60,106 nucleotides of DNA, taken from the IMG/VR virus record IMGVR_UViG_3300046170_000227, positions 1 to 60,106 of that record. The stretch is one strand, 5' to 3'. The stretch is from a virus (taxonomy: Duplodnaviria; Caudoviricetes). Below, piece after piece: positions 53,180-60,106 of the stretch. Below the pieces are notes generated by a model. The model ran no database searches. It was not told the origin of the DNA and saw only the letters and a list, made by a program, of their open reading frames with translations. Position 1 is the stretch's first letter, and each line of letters begins with the position of its first letter. A program made the translations under genes and the position numbers.

Positions 53180-53619
53180 TGTCAGGATATGTAGGTTATG
53201 CTTTAAGAGCAGGTAAATCAAAAACAGGTCAAAAAATTATAAAAAAAGTTAAAGACTTTTTTACAGGCGGTGGAAAATCAAAAACTATTTCATCTGTACC
53301 ACCGGCTCTAGGTAAATTAAAAAAAACTCAAGACGCTAAGAAAAAAATTACAGATATAACAGATAAATATGCTGTGGGTTTTGCAAAAGAGGACCCTAAG
53401 CTTTTAAAAAAATTTAGAAAAGGTTCTAAAAAGAATTTAGATAGTATATCTGACATTTACAAAACTAGAAAAAAAGAAGGTGGAAGAATAGGTAGAAAAT
53501 TTGGTGGTGGAGCTGATTTAAAAGATATACCCGCAGGTAAAAAATTTAATGGTTTAAGAAAACTTCCTAAAGAAGTTAGAAATAAAATGAAATATAAAAA
53601 AGACGGCGGAAAAATTTAA
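53179..53619 (+). CDS. Lysine-rich protein with xxGGR motif
   Basis: KKEGGRIGRKFGGG; ends KKDGGKI. Confidence 0.55.
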   Translation: MSGYVGYALRAGKSKTGQKIIKKVKDFFTGGGKSKTISSVPPALGKLKKTQDAKKKITDITDKYAVGFAKEDPKLLKKFRKGSKKNLDSISDIYKTRKKEGGRIGRKFGGGADLKDIPAGKKFNGLRKLPKEVRNKMKYKKDGGKI

Positions 53620-53819
53620 TGGCTAAACTTTGTGCAAAAGGCAAAGCAGCCGCTAAAAGAAAATTCAAAGTATATCCTTCAGCATATGCTAACATGTACG
53701 GTTCAGCCGTATGTTCAGGTAAAGTTACACCAGGTGGTAAGAAGAAAAGAAAAAAAGCCATGGGTGGTGGAATGATGGATATGACTAGAATGAGATATTT
53801 GAAAGGAGGTGTAGTATAA
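53619..53819 (+). CDS. Small basic protein
   Basis: KRKFKVYPSAYAN motif. Confidence 0.6.
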   Translation: MAKLCAKGKAAAKRKFKVYPSAYANMYGSAVCSGKVTPGGKKKRKKAMGGGMMDMTRMRYLKGGVV

Positions 53820-53992
53820 TGCCAATCAGAATTTTAAAAAGTGAAAAAGTAAAAAAAAAAGAAAAAGATGAAAAAGACATGTTAGATGTTCAAGGAGCCA
53901 AAGATGGTGGACGAATGGGATACAAAGATGGTTCTAAAGGTTGTAAGATGGCCACAAAAGGCAAAGGAAGAGCTTACGGAAAGAATTCGTAA
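53819..53992 (+). CDS. Small basic protein with AKDGGRMGYKDG motif (57 aa)
   Basis: Manually translated; start and stop overlap both neighbours. Confidence 0.55.
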   Translation: MPIRILKSEKVKKKEKDEKDMLDVQGAKDGGRMGYKDGSKGCKMATKGKGRAYGKNS

Positions 53993-54246
53993 TGCGTACA
54001 CACTTTTCAAAGGGTGGTTTAAGAAAATGGGTAGCGGACAAATGGGTGGACATTGGAGCACCGAAGAAAGACGGGAAGTATCAACCATGCGGGAGAAGCA
54101 AAGGCTCGAAAAGGAAATATCCGAAATGCGTACCACTTGCAAAAGCCACACGGATGTCAAGCTCGCAAAAGGCGAGTGCTGTCAAACGAAAACGAGCAGC
54201 CGGTAATCCTGGCGGTAAACCAACCAACGTAAAAACATTTGCATAA
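53992..54246 (+). CDS. Small basic protein
   Basis: GLRKW..DKWVD...CGR...YPKCVP. Confidence 0.6.
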   Translation: MRTHFSKGGLRKWVADKWVDIGAPKKDGKYQPCGRSKGSKRKYPKCVPLAKATRMSSSQKASAVKRKRAAGNPGGKPTNVKTFA

Positions 54247-54401
54247 TGAACCTAGAAAAAGATTTACAAAAATTAAGAAAAGAAAAAGCATTAAAAGAAT
54301 CTGCTATTGCTCAACTTAGAAAAAGAAGTAAAGACTCTGTTGCTAGACCAAGAGCAGAAAAAAATATTTTATCTAACAACCCAAACATGCAGAAGATCTA
54401 A
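54246..54401 (+). CDS. Small basic protein (51 aa)
   Basis: Manually translated; coupled at both ends. Confidence 0.45.
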   Translation: MNLEKDLQKLRKEKALKESAIAQLRKRSKDSVARPRAEKNILSNNPNMQKI

Positions 54402-54697
54402 TGAGAAAAAGAGAAAACCCTATTAGAAAAACTACTACAGGTAAGGGTGCTAATTATAGAAAAACAAAATCTGGAGCTGGAATGACAGCTAAAGGTGTAA
54501 GAGCTTACAGGGCCGCAAACCCTGGAAGTAAATTAAAAACAGCCGTGACTGGTAAAGTGAAAAAAGGGTCTAAAGCTGCAAACCGACGTAAGTCGTACTG
54601 TGCAAGAAGCGCAGGTCAATTAAGAAACTCATCAGCTAAAACACGTAACGATCCTAATTCTCGAATCAGACAAGCACGGAGAAGATGGAAATGTTAA
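54401..54697 (+). CDS. Small basic protein
   Basis: GMTAKG...NPGSKL...RRKSYCARS...RWKC. Confidence 0.6.
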   Translation: MRKRENPIRKTTTGKGANYRKTKSGAGMTAKGVRAYRAANPGSKLKTAVTGKVKKGSKAANRRKSYCARSAGQLRNSSAKTRNDPNSRIRQARRRWKC

Positions 54698-54922
54698 ATG
54701 CAATTAGAAACAGTAATAAATAAAACTTTAAGATTCCTCGATTCAAGAATAAATCAATTGTCAGTTTCGGTTACGTCCGGAGGGGTTGACAGTATGGAAA
54801 ATTACAAGTATATAATAGGACAAATCAATGCACTGGAATCAGTGCGTCAGGAAATCTCTAACCTGCTAAACGATAAGGAGCACAATGAAGGAACAGTCAT
54901 CGATATTAACACCAAACAATGA
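54698..54922 (+). CDS. Hypothetical protein
   Basis: 74 aa, YKYIIGQINAL; precedes GroES. Confidence 0.55.
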   Translation: MQLETVINKTLRFLDSRINQLSVSVTSGGVDSMENYKYIIGQINALESVRQEISNLLNDKEHNEGTVIDINTKQ

Positions 54923-55298
54923 TCTTATTGGTGTAAAAAAATCAGAGAAAAAAGAAGAGAAAGAACCTAACTTACCAAAACCTACTGGGTGGAGGATGAT
55001 AGTTTTACCTTTTAAGATGAAGGAAAAAACTAAAGGTGGATTAGTATTAGCTGAAACAACTATAGAGAGGCAACAAGTTGCATCTCAAGTTGGATTAGTT
55101 TTAGCTATGGGACCACAATGTTATAAGGATAAAGAACGATATCCTGAAGGCCCGTGGTGCAAGGTCAATGATTGGGTAATGTTTGCACGTTACGCCGGAT
55201 CACGGATCAAGATAGATGGCGGAGAAATGCGTCTTCTAAACGACGACGAAGTACTAGCAACAATTGATAGTCCAGAGGACATCTTGCATGAGTTTTAA
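54885..55298 (+). CDS. groES: Co-chaperonin GroES
   Basis: PTGWR..V, KTKGGLVL mobile loop, V.FARYAG, LLNDDEVLA. Confidence 0.85.
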   Translation: MKEQSSILTPNNDLIGVKKSEKKEEKEPNLPKPTGWRMIVLPFKMKEKTKGGLVLAETTIERQQVASQVGLVLAMGPQCYKDKERYPEGPWCKVNDWVMFARYAGSRIKIDGGEMRLLNDDEVLATIDSPEDILHEF

Positions 55299-55316
55299 TC
55301 ATAGGAAGGAGTAACT

Positions 55317-56261
55317 ATGCCAGACGAAGAACAAAAAAACACAGTAGATATAGATACATCAGGACCTGATGCAACTATAGATATTGAAGAAGCAAAAGAC
55401 GAAGCAGTTATTGAAACGGAAAAAGAAACAGAAACAGATAAATCATTTGAAAATGAAAGAGAAACAAAGTTAGAAGAAAAAAAATCAGACGAAACATTAG
55501 AAGACTACAGTAAAGGTGTACAGTCTCGTATTGCGAAATTAACTCGTAAGATGAGAGAAGCAGAAAGAAGAGAACAAGCTGCTATTGATTATGCCAAAGG
55601 TGTAGAAGAAAAAAGACAAGCATTAGAAAAAAGATTTGAAAAAACTGATGCTGATTATGTTAAGAAATTTGAGACTAGTATTAGTTCAGGTTTAGAGTCT
55701 GCACAAAAAGAATTAGCTGCAGCAATTGAATCGGGCGATGCACAGGCTCAAGTTGAGGCGAACAAAAGAATTGCAACACTCGCTTTTGAGAATGCAAAAC
55801 TAGAGCAAGCTAAAGCTGGTAGAGAAGAGCAACAGGCTGAGAAACCTGTCTTATCTCAACCACCCGTTCAAAGACAACAAATGGACGATCCAATTAATCC
55901 AGATCCTAAAGCTGAAGCATGGGCTTCTCAAAACTCATGGTTTGGTACTGATAAAGCAATGACTTATACTGCTTTTGAAATACATAAGGATTTAACGGAA
56001 AAAGAAGGATATGATCCTAACTCAAATGAGTATTATGCAGAAGTTGACAGAAGAATTAAAGTTGACTTTCCACATAAATTTGGTACTACTAATAATAAGC
56101 AAACGGCCGCTCCTGTTCAGACAGTTGCTTCTGCTACAAGAAGCGTAAAGCCAGGTCGCAAAACTGTGAGACTCACATCTTCACAGGTAGCAATAGCTAA
56201 AAAATTAGGTGTGCCACTCGAAGAGTACGCAAAACAATTAAAAACCACGGAAGGAGCGTAA
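55317..56261 (+). CDS. Putative capsid scaffolding protein
   Basis: Acidic coiled coil ending AKKLGVPLEEYAK; upstream of capsid genes. Confidence 0.65.
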   Translation: MPDEEQKNTVDIDTSGPDATIDIEEAKDEAVIETEKETETDKSFENERETKLEEKKSDETLEDYSKGVQSRIAKLTRKMREAERREQAAIDYAKGVEEKRQALEKRFEKTDADYVKKFETSISSGLESAQKELAAAIESGDAQAQVEANKRIATLAFENAKLEQAKAGREEQQAEKPVLSQPPVQRQQMDDPINPDPKAEAWASQNSWFGTDKAMTYTAFEIHKDLTEKEGYDPNSNEYYAEVDRRIKVDFPHKFGTTNNKQTAAPVQTVASATRSVKPGRKTVRLTSSQVAIAKKLGVPLEEYAKQLKTTEGA

Positions 56262-56262
56262 A

Positions 56263-56725
56263 ATGGAAAACGAAAATAAAAATACTTCTCGTGCGAACCA
56301 AACACGGTCAAAGTCTGAACGACCAAAAGTGTGGGTTCCACCGTCATCTCTAGATGCACCCCCTGCACCTGATGGATTCAGGTATAGATGGATAAGAGCT
56401 GAAGTCGTAGGCTTTCAAGATACTAAAAACATAACTTCACGTTTAAGAGAAGGTTATGAATTAGTTAGATCTGAAGAAGTTGAAAATGCAAGTGACTATC
56501 CTGTCGTCGAAGACGGCAAATACAAGGGAGTGATTGGGGTTGGTGGCCTTCTACTTGCGAAGGTACCTGAAGAGATCGCAGCAGCAACGTCAACAGTATA
56601 TGTCTGATAGACATAAAGAACGTAACGAAGCCGTAAACAACGACCTTATGAGGGAGCAGGATAATAGAATGCCTATCAATGTTGATAGACAATCTCGTGT
56701 AACCTTCGGTGGTACTAAAAAGTAA
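56263..56725 (+). CDS. Head-module protein (frameshift near 56580)
   Basis: ORFs 56263 and 56534 join; YRWIR...REGYELV. Confidence 0.6.
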
Positions 56726-56761
56726 TTTTTTACATCACTGAATTTAATAAACCGTACTGGA

Positions 56762-56774
56762 GGCCCTTCGGGGC
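56762..56774 (+). other. UUCG-tetraloop hairpin upstream of the capsid-associated gene
   Basis: GCCC-TTCG-GGGC. Confidence 0.4.
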
Positions 56775-56796
56775 AGGTACATAAGGAGAAACAACT

Positions 56797-57363
56797 ATGG
56801 CAAATAGAAACAAACAAGGTTTTGGTTTGATCCCTGCAGGAACTCTTGGCTCAACGCCAGCGACTTCTGGTCAAGGCAAATACAAAATCGATGCGGGTTA
56901 TGCAACTACTATATACAATAGCGGAATGGTTAAATCTGCTGCTGGTTACATTGTGGACGGTCAAACGGCCGCTGCACCTGTAATTGGAGCGCTTAACGGA
57001 ATTTTCTATAATGCGGCTACAACTTTGAAGCCAACTTTTGCAAATTTCTACAAAGCATCAATTACACCAGCAAACAGTGAAGACATCACTGCTTTTGTAA
57101 TGGACAACCCACACCAACAATACGTATGCGCAACAGATGCAGCAGTAACACAAGCAGGTTTCCTAGAAACTTATGATATGAATTCATCAGCAGGTGATGA
57201 TATCAATGGTAGATCTAGAGGAACTTTAGATATTGGCGTTACAGGTGCAGACAGCAAATCACTAAGACTTTTAAGAGTAGCAGAAGATCCTGAAAATGAG
57301 GATATTGGCTCTACACTATGTTCAGTGGTTGTTTGTTTAAATCTGATTGAGCTACAATCATAA
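56797..57363 (+). CDS. Putative capsid decoration/minor capsid protein
   Basis: 188 aa immediately before the major capsid gene; strong RBS. Confidence 0.55.
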   Translation: MANRNKQGFGLIPAGTLGSTPATSGQGKYKIDAGYATTIYNSGMVKSAAGYIVDGQTAAAPVIGALNGIFYNAATTLKPTFANFYKASITPANSEDITAFVMDNPHQQYVCATDAAVTQAGFLETYDMNSSAGDDINGRSRGTLDIGVTGADSKSLRLLRVAEDPENEDIGSTLCSVVVCLNLIELQS

Positions 57364-57385
57364 TAGGCAAATAGGAGAATAAATT

Positions 57386-58297
57386 ATGGCTATATCACGA
57401 TCACAACTAGTCAAAGAACTAGAGCCAGGTTTGAACGCACTGTTCGGCTTGGAATACAAACGTTATGAAAATCAGCATGCTGAAATTTATAACGAGGAAT
57501 CATCTGACAGAGCTTTTGAAGAAGAAGTAATGTTAAGTGGTTTCGCAAACGCACAAGTAAAAGGTGAAGGTTCTGGAGTTTCATTTGATGAAGCACAAGA
57601 AACTTTTACTGCTAGATACACTCATGAGACTGTAGCTTTAGCATTCGCAATCACTGAAGAAGCGATTGAGGATAACTTGTATGATAGACTTGCGTCTAGA
57701 TATACAAAAGCTTTAGCAAGATCTATGAGTAATGCGAAACAAGTAAAATCAGTAGAACCACTGATTCAAGGTTTACCAACAACAAATAACTTTGATTCAG
57801 GTGACGGTGTTAGTTTATTTAACACAGCTCACCCAACGGTTGCTGGAACTTTCGCAAACACACTAGCTACTCAATCTGACCTTAACGAAACATCGTTAGA
57901 GCAGTCTATGATAGACATTGGTAAAATGACTGATGAAAGAGGTTTAAGAGTTGCAGCAAGAGGACTTAAAATGATAATTCCTTCTGAGCTACAATTCACT
58001 GCTGAAAGACTTATGAAGTCTCAAGGTAGAGTTGGAACAGCTGATAACGATATCAATGCAATCGTATCTATGGGTATGGTTCCTCAAGGTTATAGAGTGA
58101 ACAACTACCTAACAGATTCAGATGCGTTCTATATCTTAACAGACGTGCCTAACGGTATGAAAATGTTCAACAGAGCACCATTGACAACTGCAATGGAAGG
58201 CGACTTTGACACTGGAAACGTTAGATACAAAGCTAGAGAAAGATACTCTTTCGGAGTTTCTGACCCTAGAGGTATCTTTGGTTCGCCAGGAGCGTAA
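57386..58297 (+). CDS. Major capsid protein
   Basis: MAISRSQLVKELEPGLNALFG...ITEEAIEDNLY...RYKARERYSFG. Confidence 0.85.
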   Translation: MAISRSQLVKELEPGLNALFGLEYKRYENQHAEIYNEESSDRAFEEEVMLSGFANAQVKGEGSGVSFDEAQETFTARYTHETVALAFAITEEAIEDNLYDRLASRYTKALARSMSNAKQVKSVEPLIQGLPTTNNFDSGDGVSLFNTAHPTVAGTFANTLATQSDLNETSLEQSMIDIGKMTDERGLRVAARGLKMIIPSELQFTAERLMKSQGRVGTADNDINAIVSMGMVPQGYRVNNYLTDSDAFYILTDVPNGMKMFNRAPLTTAMEGDFDTGNVRYKARERYSFGVSDPRGIFGSPGA

Positions 58298-58308
58298 TCA
58301 ATAATTTT

Positions 58309-58335
58309 TTGTGGCGGGACATAGTCTCGCCACAA
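58309..58335 (+). terminator. Hairpin after the capsid gene
   Basis: TTGTGGCGGGAC-ATA-GTCTCGCCACAA; weak U tract. Confidence 0.45.
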
Positions 58336-58358
58336 TTGACAAATAGAAAGACAAAACC

Positions 58359-58616
58359 ATGACAAAATTTATAGTAAACATTTGGGCGTATAATCATCAC
58401 GCTAAATTTAAAGTAGAATCAGAAGATTCCCCAACTAACCTTGAACAATCTATCCTTGACAAACTTGGAGAAAACAGTATAGTTTGGGAAAACCTTGGAA
58501 ATAGTTACAATGACAAGGTAAATAGAATAACCTATGAGGAGGTTATAGATGATACAAGACCTATACAAAGCAAAAAGGTCCTTGGAGTTGAAGTGGGAAC
58601 AGGAGCATCTATCTAA
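58359..58616 (+). CDS. Hypothetical protein
   Basis: 85-aa ORF. Confidence 0.45.
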   Translation: MTKFIVNIWAYNHHAKFKVESEDSPTNLEQSILDKLGENSIVWENLGNSYNDKVNRITYEEVIDDTRPIQSKKVLGVEVGTGASI

Positions 58617-58758
58617 CAATAGATATACTCTTGAAATGGTCAGAATTGATGACAAAGTAAAAAAAATCATCACTGACATTAAGCTGGAAGAAGCAGCAAT
58701 TGCCCATAGACAGAACACAATAGAAGGTTCTGCTCCAGAAGTTTCAGTAGCTACTTAA
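58549..58758 (+). CDS. Hypothetical protein
   Basis: 69-aa ORF with GGAGG RBS. Confidence 0.5.
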   Translation: MIQDLYKAKRSLELKWEQEHLSNNRYTLEMVRIDDKVKKIITDIKLEEAAIAHRQNTIEGSAPEVSVAT

Positions 58759-58806
58759 TCAAAAGCTACATCGTTGGAATAAATCCACTCCACACTACAG
58801 GCTCTC

Positions 58807-58835
58807 TTGCACTCTATTAAAAACTAGTATATACT
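58807..58835 (+). promoter_or_regulatory. sigma70-type promoter
   Basis: TTGCAC-N17-TATACT. Confidence 0.65.
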
Positions 58836-58841
58836 TTTGAC

Positions 58842-58906
58842 ACTATACATAAATTAATATTCTACATGGACGCAGTATAGTCGACGGCCTAGAGACTATG
58901 TAGGAT
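58842..58906 (+). ncRNA. Candidate pseudoknotted 5' leader RNA
   Basis: Crossing stems 58842-48/58875-81 and 58859-69/58896-906. Confidence 0.5.
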
Positions 58907-58924
58907 TTAACTAGGAGAATAATC

Positions 58925-59203
58925 ATGGCAAATACTACATTTTCAGGACCAGTAACTTCATTAAATGGTTTTATTGGTGGACCTAACCCAAATGCAGGTG
59001 ACACTCAACAAGGTGGAACTAACACTTGGTCTGTTACTGACGCAAACACTGTTACTAATGGAACTGATTCATTAGAAGCAGCTAGCAATGAAGGCGTAAT
59101 GATTTACGTTGACAACGGTGCAGCAGGCGCAGCAGTATATGCTTTTTCAGATGGATCAAACTGGAAAAGATGTGATACACTTGCAAACATTGCATCATCA
59201 TAA
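58925..59203 (+). CDS. Small virion structural protein
   Basis: MANTTFSGPV...AFSDGSNWKR. Confidence 0.6.
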   Translation: MANTTFSGPVTSLNGFIGGPNPNAGDTQQGGTNTWSVTDANTVTNGTDSLEAASNEGVMIYVDNGAAGAAVYAFSDGSNWKRCDTLANIASS

Positions 59204-59214
59204 TAAATAATTAT

Positions 59215-59234
59215 TGTGGACCTTCGGGTCCACA
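59215..59234 (+). terminator. UUCG hairpin, probable terminator
   Basis: TGTGGACC-TTCG-GGTCCACA followed by AT-rich sequence. Confidence 0.55.
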
Positions 59235-59257
59235 TAAAATTTTAAGGAGAAAACAAT

Positions 59258-59548
59258 ATGTCATCAGACCAAAAATTTACAACACTTACAGCTGACGGAC
59301 AGGTAAAAACTTTTTCTGGAGGATCTACTAATATTGGTCCTGCTAGAGTTACATACATTCAAGCTACAGGAGTTACAAATATAAAACTTTATGATGCAGC
59401 AACTGCATCTGGAAACATAGTATTTGAATCTACTTTTGGAAGCGAAGGATTAGATATGTATATGCCTGGAAACGGAATTAGATTCGAAACTACTATCTAT
59501 GCAGATGTAACTGGATCAGGATCTGTTACTATCGGATATACTGGCTAG
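59258..59548 (+). CDS. Small virion structural protein
   Basis: 96 aa, PGNGIRF; AAGGAG RBS. Confidence 0.55.
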   Translation: MSSDQKFTTLTADGQVKTFSGGSTNIGPARVTYIQATGVTNIKLYDAATASGNIVFESTFGSEGLDMYMPGNGIRFETTIYADVTGSGSVTIGYTG

Positions 59549-59556
59549 GAGGCTAA

Positions 59557-60106
59557 ATGGCTAATACAACCTCAGGAACTACAACGTTCGATAAAACTTT
59601 TTCTATTGATGAAATAGTAGAAGAAGCTTTTGAACGATTAGGTATTCAACAAGTTTCAGGTTATCAATTAAAAACCTCTAGAAGATCTTTAAACATAATG
59701 CTTCAGGAATGGGGTAACAGAGGTATTCACTATTGGGAAATAGGAGAACTTGATCTTGATTTAATACAGGGTCAAGCTGAATATAAATTTTTTAGAGAAG
59801 CTGCAGATGGTACAAGTGCTACATCAAATCCAAATGGTGTATACGGAATATCCGATGTCCTTGAAGCACAATTAAGAACTAATAGAACCGCTACAAATCA
59901 ATCAGATAGTCCTATGACTAAAGTTGATAGATCAACTTATGGTGCTTTTTCTAATAAACTATCACAAGGTACACCTAATCAATATTGGGTCCAAAGATTT
60001 ATAGATCATGTTAGTATAAATGTTTATCCTACACCAGATGCAACTAATGCATCTAAAGATGTTCACTTCTATTACATAAAAAGAATTCAAGATGTTGGAT
60101 CTTATA
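59557..60106 (+). CDS. N-terminal part of head-tail connector/tail-tubular-like protein (wraps to 200)
   Basis: GGAGG RBS; MANTTSGTTTF...EEAFER...RRSLN...EWGNRG; open to the window end. Confidence 0.75.
   Translation, partial: MANTTSGTTTFDKTFSIDEIVEEAFERLGIQQVSGYQLKTSRRSLNIMLQEWGNRGIHYWEIGELDLDLIQGQAEYKFFREAADGTSATSNPNGVYGISDVLEAQLRTNRTATNQSDSPMTKVDRSTYGAFSNKLSQGTPNQYWVQRFIDHVSINVYPTPDATNASKDVHFYYIKRIQDVGSY

Overview
This window appears to be a complete, circularly permuted ~60.1 kb AT-rich dsDNA tailed phage genome. The CDS starting at 59557 runs off the end and continues in frame into positions 1-200. Gene content: terminase subunits, portal, GroES, scaffold, capsid, short-tail and internal virion proteins, M15 endolysin, SNF2 and UvrD helicases, Prim-Pol primase and a Leu762-type PolA. 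I recognised no integrase, RNA polymerase, tRNA or CRISPR array. This fits a marine podovirus, most plausibly a SAR11/HTVC023P-like pelagiphage (inference; no search was run). About 20 or more single-base frameshifts interrupt essential genes and are most likely long-read consensus errors. Most interesting signals: (1) a promoter-driven, quasi-periodic array of long stem-loops at 42.3-42.75 kb, a candidate processed small-RNA cassette; (2) a shared AxGGR..G peptide motif that divides six or more virion-associated proteins into modules, with an internal twin-arginine-like signal right after the last copy in ORF 46572, suggesting motif-directed processing or sorting; (3) two perfect Irr/ICE-type palindromes; (4) GCTTGNN heptamer arrays abutting early promoters; (5) a TGCGAAC iteron-like array; (6) a pseudoknotted 5' leader in the late region.
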